Source: Myxococcota bacterium (GTDB lineage: Bacteria > Myxococcota_A > UBA9160 > SZUA-336). From it: a stretch of DNA of 64,000 nt. Below the pieces are notes generated by a model. That model did no database searches. It saw only the letters and a list, made by a program, of their open reading frames with translations, and had not been told where the DNA came from. Shown here one piece after another: positions 38,501 through 47,972 of this stretch (position 1 is its first letter; each line of letters starts with the position of its first letter). The stretch lies in the NCBI GenBank assembly GCA_965247115.1, contig CBDFGR010000003.1, positions 160,001 through 224,000 on the forward strand, in the 5' to 3' direction. Made by a program: the position numbers and the translations under genes.

Positions 38501-39868
38501 TCAGTCGGAGTTCAGACCGAGCTTCTCGAGCCGGTAGCGGAGCGAACGAAAGCTGACGCCGAGCAGCTGCGCGGCCTTCTTCTTGACCCCGCCCGAGCGC
38601 TTGAGCGCCTCCTTGATGAGCCCGCTCTCGAATGCGCAGATCATCCGGTCGAGGTCGACGCCTTCCTCGGGTATCTGCTCAGACGGCTCGGGACGCGATC
38701 CCTCGAGCACGGTGGTCGGCAGACACTCGAGGTCGATACGGTCGGCACTGGAGAGGGTCAGGGCCCGCTCCACGATGTTCTCGAGCTCACGCACGTTGCC
38801 CGGGTAGTGGTACGCCTCCAGCGCGGCCAGTGCCTCCGGAGCGATCCCCGTCATGCCTCTTCCCAGCTCGAGGGCGTACTTGCGGGTGAAGTGGTGGATC
38901 AGCTCGGGGATGTCCTCCGCCCGGTCCCGGAGCGGCGGGAGGCGGATCTCGATCACGTTCAGGCGATAAAAAAGGTCCTCGCGGAAGCGACCGTCGCGCA
39001 CGTCCTCTTCGAGCATGCGGTTCGTGGCGCAGATGATTCGCACGTCGACCCGGATGTCCTGAACCCCTCCGACTGGTTTGAACGTCCGATTCTGGATCGC
39101 GCGCAGCACCTTGACCTGGAGCTGGAGCTGCATCTCGCCAATCTCGTCGAGAAAGAGGGTCCCTCCGTCCGCCGCTTCGAACAGCCCCTCCTTGTTCGCC
39201 GTGGCGCCAGTGAACGAGCCCTTGATGTGTCCGAAGAGCTCGCTCTCCAGCAAGTTCTCGGGAATGGCGCCGCAGTTCACGGCGACAAAGGCCTGCTCCC
39301 GGCGTCCCGAAAGCGAGTGGACGGCGCGCGCGATCAAGTCCTTGCCCGTGCCGCTCTCGCCCGTGATGAGCAGATTCGTCTTGCTCGTCGCCACCTGGCG
39401 TACGAGCGCAGAGACCTCCACCATCCCGCGACTGCGACCGAGGACTTCTGGTAAGGAGGTGTGCTCGCTGAGCTGACGACGCAAGCGCACGTTTTCGCTG
39501 GAGAGATCGCACTTCTCCAGCGCCTTCTCGACGACGAGCCGGATCTCGTCCACCGCACAGGGCTTGGTCAGGTAGTCGTAGGCCCCGTGCTTCATCGCCT
39601 CCACGGCCGACTCGGTCGTGCCGTACGCGGTGATCAACACGAGCAGGGTGTGTGGCGAGGCCTCCTTGACGTGGTCGAGCAGCTCCAGGCCCGTCATGCC
39701 GGGCATCTGGATGTCGCTCAGAACGAGCTCGAAGTCATCGGATTCGAGGGCGAGAATCGCCTCTCCGGCAGATCCACACACGACGACGTCGTGTCCCTCG
39801 CGCCGCAGCAGGATTTCCAGGAACTCCTGCATACTCGTCTCGTCATCAACTACCAGGATCCGTGCCAC
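38501..39868 (-). CDS. pilR: Sigma54-dependent response regulator PilR
   Basis: Receiver domain, GESGTGK, GSFTGA, SFRSLRYRLEKLG. Confidence 0.95.
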   Translation of the reverse strand: MARILVVDDETSMQEFLEILLRREGHDVVVCGSAGEAILALESDDFELVLSDIQMPGMTGLELLDHVKEASPHTLLVLITAYGTTESAVEAMKHGAYDYLTKPCAVDEIRLVVEKALEKCDLSSENVRLRRQLSEHTSLPEVLGRSRGMVEVSALVRQVATSKTNLLITGESGTGKDLIARAVHSLSGRREQAFVAVNCGAIPENLLESELFGHIKGSFTGATANKEGLFEAADGGTLFLDEIGEMQLQLQVKVLRAIQNRTFKPVGGVQDIRVDVRIICATNRMLEEDVRDGRFREDLFYRLNVIEIRLPPLRDRAEDIPELIHHFTRKYALELGRGMTGIAPEALAALEAYHYPGNVRELENIVERALTLSSADRIDLECLPTTVLEGSRPEPSEQIPEEGVDLDRMICAFESGLIKEALKRSGGVKKKAAQLLGVSFRSLRYRLEKLGLNSD

Positions 39869-39892
39869 AAGGCTCCTACTCCGTCTCGAACT

Positions 39893-39920
39893 GAATCGGC
39901 AAGCGCGGAATGTCGCTTAA
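39893..39920 (-). promoter_or_regulatory. Sigma28/WhiG-like internal promoter of pilR
   Basis: TTAA-N16-GCCGATTC in the pilS-pilR gap. Confidence 0.6.
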
Positions 39921-39922
39921 GG

Positions 39923-41536
39923 TCATCCGCTCGGCAGGAGGACGCGCACCCGAGTGCCCTCCCCCTCCGTACTGCTCACCGAAAGCTCGCCTCCGTGCGC
40001 CTCCACGACGCGGTGTACGGTTGCGAGCCCGAGCCCCGTCCCCTTGGGCCGCGTCGTGAAGAAGGGCTCGAAGACCCGTTCGAGGATGTCTGAGGGAATT
40101 CCGGAGCCCTGATCGATCACCTCGACTAGCACGCTCTCGCTGTCCTCGGACGGAATGCCGTGCTGAACTTCACCGTGCACGAGCACGCGGCCGTCCCGAG
40201 GCTCGGACTGGACCGCGTTCAACACGAGGTTCCAGAACACCTGGCGGAGCTGATCGGGATCTCCCTTCGTGCACACCTCGTCGGGAATCTCGAGGTCGAG
40301 CCGGGCCCCGCTGTGCTCGTCCGCCTCCAGTAGCTGGCGAATCTCGTCCATGAGGTCGCGCAGCGCCACGCGCTCGACCCGACCTTCTCCGGGCCGCGCG
40401 TAGCGCAGAAAGTCGCCCACCAGACGGCTCAGGCGCTCGGTCTCCCGCTGCACGATCTGCGTGAGTCGCTCGTCGCTCTCCTCGCCGGGAGGTAGATCTG
40501 CGAGCAGCAGCTCGATTGCTCCCGAGAGCGAGGCCAGCGGGTTGCGAATCTCGTGAGCCATTCCCGCTGCGAGCTGACCGACGGCGCTCAACCGCTCGCT
40601 GCGCCGCAGCCGCTCCTCCATCTCCACGATCTGCGTGAGGTCCTGAAATACGAGGATCGCGCCAACCTCGTAACCGTCAGAATCCCGCAGGGCCGAGATC
40701 GACATCCCCAGGTGGGCGTCCTGCTCATCGCGACCTCGGAAGCGCACCTGCAGGCGCGTTCCCTCGCGCTCCTGAGGCAGCGTCGGAAACAGCTCCGCGA
40801 GCGTTGGGAAGAGGTCCCCGAGCGGCTTCCCGATGATCTCGGAGGCAGCGTAGCCGGTAATGCGCTCGGCCTCTGCGTTGAAGGACATGATCTTGTCGTC
40901 GCGGTTGACGGTCAGGAGGCCGCTGGAGACGTTGTCGACGATGCGACGATAGAGCTCGGCCAGCTCGTGCAGCTCCTGGCGGCCGGTCTGAACCTGGACC
41001 GCGAGCCGCCGTGACAGCAATGCCGTGAACAGAAACGCCACCGAGTGCAGTCCGACAACGGTCAGCGCGGCAGGCGTGCTGATGACAACCTGCTGGTCGA
41101 ACGGGGGCAGCCAGGCCCCGGCCTCGCCGACCACGATCAGCCCGAAGCCCAGCATCGCGCTGAGGCAGGCGAACAGCGCACCGCGCTCTCCGGCCGTGAC
41201 CGCCGCGTTTACGATCCAGATGATGTACAGGAACTCGAACAGAGATGCCGAGCCGCCCGTGCAGTAGACGAGCCCCGTGATCAGACAGCCGTCGCCGACC
41301 AGCTCCACGGTGTGGCGGCGGGCGAAGCCACCGTGCGCGGCGAGCGCGGCATAGGCCAGGCTCAGCAGGAAACCTGCCAGCACGAGGGCGTAGAGGGCCG
41401 TCAGCTCGCGATCGGAGTACGAGGCCCCGCCGCGAACCTCGATCAGCACGGCAAGGACGAAGATGGCAGCAATCGCAACGAGCCGCGTTGCGAGAGCCTT
41501 GACCGATTCCGCCGAGCGTCGGTGTTGCGCGTCCAC
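39923..41536 (-). CDS. pilS: Sensor histidine kinase PilS
   Basis: Multi-TM N-terminus, [23 protein letters not shown]. Confidence 0.93.
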   Translation of the reverse strand: MDAQHRRSAESVKALATRLVAIAAIFVLAVLIEVRGGASYSDRELTALYALVLAGFLLSLAYAALAAHGGFARRHTVELVGDGCLITGLVYCTGGSASLFEFLYIIWIVNAAVTAGERGALFACLSAMLGFGLIVVGEAGAWLPPFDQQVVISTPAALTVVGLHSVAFLFTALLSRRLAVQVQTGRQELHELAELYRRIVDNVSSGLLTVNRDDKIMSFNAEAERITGYAASEIIGKPLGDLFPTLAELFPTLPQEREGTRLQVRFRGRDEQDAHLGMSISALRDSDGYEVGAILVFQDLTQIVEMEERLRRSERLSAVGQLAAGMAHEIRNPLASLSGAIELLLADLPPGEESDERLTQIVQRETERLSRLVGDFLRYARPGEGRVERVALRDLMDEIRQLLEADEHSGARLDLEIPDEVCTKGDPDQLRQVFWNLVLNAVQSEPRDGRVLVHGEVQHGIPSEDSESVLVEVIDQGSGIPSDILERVFEPFFTTRPKGTGLGLATVHRVVEAHGGELSVSSTEGEGTRVRVLLPSG

Positions 41537-41578
41537 GTCGGTCAGATTCTCGCGGGGCGCCGAGCCAACCGCAGCGCG

Positions 41579-42787
41579 CTAGTTGACCGCTTCTGCGATC
41601 TTGAAGATCGGCAAGTACATCGCGACGAGCAGGCCGCCAATCGTGCCGCCCAGACCGACCATCATCACCGGCTCGAGCAGCGCGGTCAGCGCGTCGACGG
41701 CCGCGTCGACCTCCTCGTCGTAGAAGTCGGCGATCTTGGCCAGCATCGAGTCCATCGCGCCCGTCTGCTCTCCGACCGCGACCATCTGCGTCACCATCCC
41801 GGGAAATACCTTCGACTCCATCAGCGGCTCGGCGATCGTCTTCCCCTCCGCGATGGAGGCCTTCGTCCGCAGGATCTCGTTCTCGACCACCATGTTCCCG
41901 GCGGTGCGAGCGACAATCTCGAGCGCGTCCAGGATCGGCACCCCGGAAGAGAGCATGGTGCTCAGCGTACGGCTGAACCGCGCTACGGCAACCTTCTTGA
42001 GAAGGCCGCCGAACACCGGCGTCTTCAGAAAGACGGTGTCGAAGAAGAGCCGGCCTTTTGGTTTGGAGGTGATGAATTTGTACGCGAACACCGCGAGCAC
42101 TATCCCTCCAGCGAAGTGGAGGTAGTAGGCCTGCATGAAGTGCGAGATCGCGATCACCTTCGCGGTCGGACCCGGGAGCGCACCGCCGAAGTCGGCAAAC
42201 ATCTTCTCGAAGACGGGAATGACCTTGACAAGCATTACTACGACGACCATCGACGCGATCACCGTCACCGAGATGGGATATACCATCGCGCCCTTTACCT
42301 TCCGTTTCAGGGCGGCGGCTTTCTCCATATATTTCGCAAGGCGATTCAGAATCGTGTCGAGGATACCCCCAACCTCGCCCGCGGCTACGAGGTTCACGTA
42401 GAGACTGTCGAAGATCTTCGGGTGCTTCCCAAGCGCCTCGGAGAACGTCGAGCCACCCTCGACGTCGTGCTTGATCTCCAGAATTTTTTTCTTGAAGGTC
42501 GCGTTCTCCTGCTGTGTGCCGAGAATTTCGAGACACTGCACGAGCGGCAAGCCCGCGTCGATCATCGTGGCGAACTGCCGCGTGAACACAACGAGGTCCT
42601 TGAGAACTACCGGCGGTGCCAGGAACGGGAGGAGCTCGGTCAGATCCTTCGACTTGGCCTTGATCGTGCCGGGCATGATCGACTGGCTACGGAGCTGCGC
42701 CTCCGCGGCGGCGACACTGTCTGCTGCTATGACGCCCTTCTTGACGAGACCTTCCCTGGTCTTGCCTTCGAAGTTGTAGGTCGGCAT
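41579..42787 (-). CDS. pilC: T4P platform protein PilC
   Basis: FTRQFATMIDAGLPL, AGEVGGILD, AMYLPIF. Confidence 0.97.
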   Translation of the reverse strand: MPTYNFEGKTREGLVKKGVIAADSVAAAEAQLRSQSIMPGTIKAKSKDLTELLPFLAPPVVLKDLVVFTRQFATMIDAGLPLVQCLEILGTQQENATFKKKILEIKHDVEGGSTFSEALGKHPKIFDSLYVNLVAAGEVGGILDTILNRLAKYMEKAAALKRKVKGAMVYPISVTVIASMVVVVMLVKVIPVFEKMFADFGGALPGPTAKVIAISHFMQAYYLHFAGGIVLAVFAYKFITSKPKGRLFFDTVFLKTPVFGGLLKKVAVARFSRTLSTMLSSGVPILDALEIVARTAGNMVVENEILRTKASIAEGKTIAEPLMESKVFPGMVTQMVAVGEQTGAMDSMLAKIADFYDEEVDAAVDALTALLEPVMMVGLGGTIGGLLVAMYLPIFKIAEAVN

Positions 42788-42812
42788 TGCAGACCCCTCG
42801 TCTCAGCCCTGG

Positions 42813-43916
42813 CTAACCGGCGGTCTGGCGCTTGCCGGCGGCGCCAGGCCCCTGGGGATTCCGGATGATGCTCTCCAGCTCGACCGAGTCGGAGCTCCTC
42901 CCCATGGCATCGTCGAATGTGATCAGCCGCTTCAGATACAGCTCCGCGAGAGACTGGTTCATCGTCTGCATCCCGAACTTGTCCTGCCCGATCTGCATCT
43001 GCGAGTAGACCTGGTGGACCTTGTCCTCGCGAATCAGGTTGCGAATGGCAGGGTTTGGGACCATCACCTCCACGGCGAGCACACGACCAGGAGAGTTCGC
43101 TCGAGCGAGCAGCGTCTGAGAAACCACGCCTTCAAGCACGAAGGAGAGCTGCATGCGCACCTGCGCCTGCTGGTGCGACGGGAACACGTCGATCACGCGG
43201 TTGATCGTCTGCACCGCGGAGTTCGTGTGCAGGGTCGCAAAGCAGAGATGGCCCGTCTCGGAGACCGTGAGAGCGGCCTGAATCGTCTCCAAGTCCCGCA
43301 TCTCACCGATCAGAACTACGTCCGGATCCTGACGCAGGATGTAGCGGAGCGCGGCCTCGAAGGTCTTCGTGTCCGCCCCCACCTCACGCTGATTCACCAC
43401 GCACCCCTTGTGCGGATGCAGGTACTCGATGGGGTCTTCGATCGTGATGATGTGCCGGTGGGTGCTGACGTTGATCTGATCGATGATCGAGGCCAGCGTG
43501 GTCGACTTCCCGCTTCCCGTCGGACCCGTGAGCAGAACCAGGCCACTCGGCTTGTCCGCGAACCTCTCGATGACATCGGGCACACCAAGATCCCCGATGG
43601 GCTTGATCTCGTAGGGGATCATTCGGAACACGCCGGCGATCGCGCCCCGCTGGACGAAGATGTTCGCCCGGAAGCGCGCCAGCCCCTTGACGCCGAAGGA
43701 GAGATCCAGCTCGTTCTGCGCCTCGAAGCGGTGCTTCTGAGCGTCGGTAAGGATCGAGTAGCACGTCTGCTTCGTTTCCTGGGGAGTGAGGGGAGGCATG
43801 TTCAAGGGAACGAGCGTGCCGTCCACACGCAGCTGAGGAGCCGTGCCAGTCGTCACGTGCAGGTCCGATGCTCCCTTCTCGAGCATCGCTTTCAGCAGCT
43901 GGTGTAGGTTCGCCAT
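42813..43916 (-). CDS. pilT: Retraction ATPase PilT
   Basis: GPTGSGKSTT, TIEDPIE, LRQDPD, AIRNLIRE motif. Confidence 0.98.
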   Translation of the reverse strand: MANLHQLLKAMLEKGASDLHVTTGTAPQLRVDGTLVPLNMPPLTPQETKQTCYSILTDAQKHRFEAQNELDLSFGVKGLARFRANIFVQRGAIAGVFRMIPYEIKPIGDLGVPDVIERFADKPSGLVLLTGPTGSGKSTTLASIIDQINVSTHRHIITIEDPIEYLHPHKGCVVNQREVGADTKTFEAALRYILRQDPDVVLIGEMRDLETIQAALTVSETGHLCFATLHTNSAVQTINRVIDVFPSHQQAQVRMQLSFVLEGVVSQTLLARANSPGRVLAVEVMVPNPAIRNLIREDKVHQVYSQMQIGQDKFGMQTMNQSLAELYLKRLITFDDAMGRSSDSVELESIIRNPQGPGAAGKRQTAG

Positions 43917-43923
43917 CTCTTCC

Positions 43924-45624
43924 TCAGTTGTCGGCCATCGATACTCGGAGAGCCTCGCCAAGGGTGGTGGTCCCCTCGAGTACCTTGGTCAGCGCACTCC
44001 GGCGCAGAGAGCTCATTCCGCCACGAAGCGCCTCCCGCTTGATCTCTGCAGCACTTGCGCCGTTCAGCACGAACTCCCTCACCGTATCGGTGAGAGTCAT
44101 GACCTCGTAGACAGCGATTCGGCCTCGAAAGCCGGTCTCGGAGCAGTTTCCGCAGCCGGTTCCCATGCGCGGCTGACAGCTCGCGGCCTGCTCGCTCGTC
44201 ATGCCCGCCTTCTCCAGCTCGGCGGCGGTCACGTCATCGTCGTCTTCCACGCAGTCCTCGCAGATCTTGCGGAGAAGACGCTGCGCGACCACGCAGTTGA
44301 CCGAACTCGCGACCAGGAAGGGCTCGATGCCCATGTTGAGCAGGCGATTGATCGTACTCGGGGCATCGTTGGTGTGCAGGGTCGAGAGAACCATGTGGCC
44401 GGTGAGAGCGGCCTTGATCCCGATCTCCGCAGTCTCGAAGTCGCGGATCTCACCGACCATGATGATGTCCGGGTCCTGACGTAGGAACGCGCGTAGCGCA
44501 GACGCGAAGTTCAGCCCGATGTCCTCGCGCATCTGCACCTGGTTGATGCCCACGAGATTGAACTCGACCGGATCCTCCGCAGTCGAGATGTTCTCTGACG
44601 TGGTGTTCAGCTCGGAGAGCGCCGAGTACAAGGTGGTCGTCTTTCCTGACCCGGTCGGGCCGGTCACGAGCACCATGCCGAAGGGCTGATGAATGGAGTG
44701 CTTGAAGTCGCCGAGCTGCTTCTCCTCGAAGCCTAGCTTGGTCATGTCGAGCTGCAGGTTGCTCTTGTCGAGTAGGCGAAGAACGATCTTCTCTCCAAAG
44801 AGCGTCGGCAGAACGGAGACGCGATAGTCCATCTCCTGGTTCTTGCCCATCTTCAACTTGATGCGGCCATCCTGGGGCAGACGGCGTTCCGCGATATCGA
44901 GGTCCGCCATGATCTTGACCCGCGATGTCAGAGGGTTCTTGAGCTTTCGCGGCGGTTTCATCACCTCGTACAGCAAACCGTCAATCCGGTACCGAACTCG
45001 GAAGTCCTTCTCGTACGGCTCGATGTGAATATCAGAGGCGACCTTCTTGACCGCGTCGGTGAGGATGAGGTTGACGAGCTTGACGACCGGAGCGTCTTCC
45101 GTCTGCTGCGCGAGCTCGTCGATGTCGACAGACTCTTCGCTAGAGACGACCTCGAGATCCTCGTCGTCGAAGCCCATCATCACTTCGTCGATGGATGCAG
45201 ACGAGTCGTAGTACTTCTCGATGGCGCGCCGGATCGACTCCTCAGCCGCGACAACGACCTCGACGTTGTAGCCGGTGAGGAACTTCACGTCGTCCATCGC
45301 AAAGATGTTCGACGGGTCCGAGGTCGCGATGATCAGCGTGGACCCGGCGCGGTTGACCGGGAGGATCGTGTGCTTGTGGGCGACGTCCTCGGGTACGAGG
45401 GCGACCACCTCCGGATCGACCTCGAAGTCGTCCAGGGTGATCATCGGCACGCCGTATTGGTTCGAAACCGCTTCGGCCAGCTCGGACTCCTCGATGAAGC
45501 CGAGCTTTGTCATCTGGTAGCCGACCCGAGTACCGGTCGAGTCTGCCTCTTGCTTGGCGCGCTGGAGCTGCTCTTCCGAGAGCAGGCTCTTTTGAACCAG
45601 GAGCTCGCCGATCCGGTCGTTCAA
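43924..45624 (-). CDS. pilB: Extension ATPase PilB
   Basis: TTG start after GGAGGGG; RIGELL (MshEN-like), ASDIHIEP, GPTGSGKTT, tetracysteine motif. Confidence 0.97.
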   Translation of the reverse strand: MNDRIGELLVQKSLLSEEQLQRAKQEADSTGTRVGYQMTKLGFIEESELAEAVSNQYGVPMITLDDFEVDPEVVALVPEDVAHKHTILPVNRAGSTLIIATSDPSNIFAMDDVKFLTGYNVEVVVAAEESIRRAIEKYYDSSASIDEVMMGFDDEDLEVVSSEESVDIDELAQQTEDAPVVKLVNLILTDAVKKVASDIHIEPYEKDFRVRYRIDGLLYEVMKPPRKLKNPLTSRVKIMADLDIAERRLPQDGRIKLKMGKNQEMDYRVSVLPTLFGEKIVLRLLDKSNLQLDMTKLGFEEKQLGDFKHSIHQPFGMVLVTGPTGSGKTTTLYSALSELNTTSENISTAEDPVEFNLVGINQVQMREDIGLNFASALRAFLRQDPDIIMVGEIRDFETAEIGIKAALTGHMVLSTLHTNDAPSTINRLLNMGIEPFLVASSVNCVVAQRLLRKICEDCVEDDDDVTAAELEKAGMTSEQAASCQPRMGTGCGNCSETGFRGRIAVYEVMTLTDTVREFVLNGASAAEIKREALRGGMSSLRRSALTKVLEGTTTLGEALRVSMADN

Positions 45625-45690
45625 CGCACCCCTCCGGATCTTGCCGCACCCGCGCGCGAAGATCGCAGAATGAACCGCATTCGCGGTGTT

Positions 45691-45718
45691 GTATCGGTGG
45701 CGCTCTGAGCGAGCTTTA
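45691..45718 (-). promoter_or_regulatory. Sigma28/WhiG-like promoter of pilBTC
   Basis: TAAA-N16-ACCGATAC. Confidence 0.65.
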
Positions 45719-45828
45719 CCGAGCGCCGGGCGGAGGATGTGGCACGACCCGTACATCACCGGGGTGCAGAAGGTGCGCAACTCGGAGCTTTATCTCGGCG
45801 CGCGGTGTAGTGACGCTAGAGAGACCCT

Positions 45829-46779
45829 TCAGGCATCCGTCGCGTGCAGGAGCTGCCGGGCCGACACCACGTCTCGTGCGATCTGTTCCACGAGCGCGTC
45901 GGGACCTGGGAACTTTCGCTCCTTGCGGATCCGCGCGTGGAACGAGACCTCCACGTGACGACCGTAGAAGTCGCCCTCCATGTCGATGAGATGCGTCTCC
46001 ACGAGTACGCGTCCGGGCTCGAATGTCGGTCTGGTACCCACGTTTGTTACAGAGGGCCGGCGAACGCCCTCCTGTCCCGCAGCGTCGATAAACTGCGCGG
46101 TCGTCGCGTACACGCCGTGCGCTGGTATCAGCTCGTTCTCGGTTTCGAGATTCAGCGTGGGGAAGCCCAGTGTCCGCCCGCGCATCTCGCCCTGGACGAC
46201 GGTACCAGACACCGCGTACGGGCGACCCAGGCAGAGGGATGCCTCCGCGACGTCCCCGAGCGCCAGCGCGTCCCGGATGCGCGTGCTGGATACATCGGCA
46301 TGGCCCACCTTCACCTGCGAGATGATCTCGATGCGCATCCCGAGCTCGGGCCCGAGGCGGAGCAGCGTCTCTCCTGAGCCGCTCCGACCTTTGCCAAAGT
46401 GGAAATCCCGACCCACGTAGATCTCCGTCGGCTGGAAGCGGGCCCGGATGATGTCCCGAAGAAACGCCTCGGGTGTCAGAGACGCGAACTCGCGCGTGAA
46501 GGGCTCGCGAATGAGTACGTCAATCCCCGCCCGCTGCAGCGCGCGGGCCAGCTGGTCCCAGGTCATGAGCTGCTGCGGCGAGCCCTCGGGCGAGAGCACC
46601 TTACGAGGGTGTGGGTCGAAGGTATAGAGCGCAGTCTGCTGGCCGAGCGCTTGTCCTCGCTCGATGACGGCGCGGAGCAGGCTCTGATGTCCCAGGTGAA
46701 CGCCATCGAAGTTGCCGACGGTCAGCACGCAGCCGCTCGCCAGATCTCCCAGCTCGGCGCTGCCCTCGTAGACTCTCAT
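45829..46779 (-). CDS. ribF: Riboflavin kinase/FAD synthetase
   Basis: GNFDGVHLGHQ, VSSTRIR, GRTLGFPT, NVGTRPTF. Confidence 0.97.
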   Translation of the reverse strand: MRVYEGSAELGDLASGCVLTVGNFDGVHLGHQSLLRAVIERGQALGQQTALYTFDPHPRKVLSPEGSPQQLMTWDQLARALQRAGIDVLIREPFTREFASLTPEAFLRDIIRARFQPTEIYVGRDFHFGKGRSGSGETLLRLGPELGMRIEIISQVKVGHADVSSTRIRDALALGDVAEASLCLGRPYAVSGTVVQGEMRGRTLGFPTLNLETENELIPAHGVYATTAQFIDAAGQEGVRRPSVTNVGTRPTFEPGRVLVETHLIDMEGDFYGRHVEVSFHARIRKERKFPGPDALVEQIARDVVSARQLLHATDA

Positions 46780-46810
46780 CCGCCTCCTTTGTAGAGCCTC
46801 CGAGATTCGC

Positions 46811-46864
46811 TTGCAACGCCCGTTGCGCATGCGACACTCGTTGTGGTTGCAACGCCCGTTGCGG
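46811..46864. repeat. Three tandem 18-bp palindromic units in the divergent ribF/lptG promoter region
   Basis: TTGCAACGCCCGTTGCGC / ATGCGACACTCGTTGTGG / TTGCAACGCCCGTTGCGG. Confidence 0.75.
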
Positions 46865-46892
46865 CCGCCACGAGCGACCGTATCCTTCCCCT

Positions 46893-47963
46893 GTGCGGAC
46901 GGTCTCACGCTACCTGCTGCGCGAGTTCGCGATCGCGTCCACGGCCGTGTTCCTGGCCCTACTCGTCACCTGGATCGCTGCGGACACGCTGCTTCACATG
47001 GAGCGACTGACGGGCGACCTGGTAGCGACCCTGCGCTCGATCCTGTTCGCCTCGCTCGACGTGATCCCGCTGGGAGTACCGATGGCCTGCGTGGTCGGCA
47101 TCGTCTGGAGCCTGACTCGGGCCGTCAAGAGTCGCGAGATCACTGCGATACGCTCCGGTGGAATCCCGCTGCAGCGAGCGCTCGCTCCGATCGTACTGTG
47201 CTGCGCGGGGACCACCGCCGCTCTCGTGGTGGTTCAGGACCGAGTCTTGATCCCGACGCGGCAGGGGCTTCACGACGCCCGTCTGGCTGAGGAATCGGGC
47301 GGGCGCGGCATTCCGCAGCTCATCCACGGCCGCTGGTGGTACGCGGACGGTGAGTCCATATTCTCCGCCGGTAACTTCGAGGCGGGGGAGCTGCGAGACG
47401 TCACCCTCTTTCGCTTGGATGGCACCGGACGCATCGTGCAGCGCATCGAGGCCGAGGCGGCGGAGAACACCGAGGGTGGAACCTGGGAGTTCCGCGAGGC
47501 GCGCATCTTCGGCTTTCGTTCTGACGGCGCTCTCAGCCAGAGACACGAGTCGCTGCTCTCGCTCGAGCTCGCGCTGCGCGGAGGAGATCTCGCTCGCGCT
47601 CAGCGCCCGCCCGAGCTGGCGACGCTCGGCGCGCTTTGGCGCTCGATGCATCGCTCCCCCGTCGAGGACCAGGACGGGAGTGCGCTGCGCATCACCTTCC
47701 ACAGCAGGCTCGCGCAGCCAGCCGGAGTCCTCATTCTCGTGCTGCTCGCGATTCCTTTCGCGATCGGCGACTCCGAGCGCAGCGATTCGCTGGCCAGGGC
47801 GCTGCTCCTCTCCCTGGGGAGTGCGGCGATCTACTGGATGGCCTGGACGGTGGGGCTGCTCGCGGGGAGGGCCGGCGTCGTGCCCGCGTTCCTGCCGGTG
47901 TGGACGGTCGCGGTAGCTGGCCTGGGCGTCGGGGGCTGGCGTTTCCGCAGCCTGCAGCAGTAG
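46893..47963 (+). CDS. LptF/LptG-family LPS export permease
   Basis: RYLLREF, SREITAIRSGGI, periplasmic beta domain, 6 TMs. Confidence 0.9.
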   Translation: MRTVSRYLLREFAIASTAVFLALLVTWIAADTLLHMERLTGDLVATLRSILFASLDVIPLGVPMACVVGIVWSLTRAVKSREITAIRSGGIPLQRALAPIVLCCAGTTAALVVVQDRVLIPTRQGLHDARLAEESGGRGIPQLIHGRWWYADGESIFSAGNFEAGELRDVTLFRLDGTGRIVQRIEAEAAENTEGGTWEFREARIFGFRSDGALSQRHESLLSLELALRGGDLARAQRPPELATLGALWRSMHRSPVEDQDGSALRITFHSRLAQPAGVLILVLLAIPFAIGDSERSDSLARALLLSLGSAAIYWMAWTVGLLAGRAGVVPAFLPVWTVAVAGLGVGGWRFRSLQQ

Positions 47964-47972
47964 GAGCTCTCG

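Noticed and set aside
37442..39454. 670-aa plus-strand ORF, and similar long antisense or off-frame ORFs (14801-16666, 41045-42868, 9864-11366)
   Set aside because: Shadow frames of well-supported genes in high-GC DNA, with no recognisable motifs
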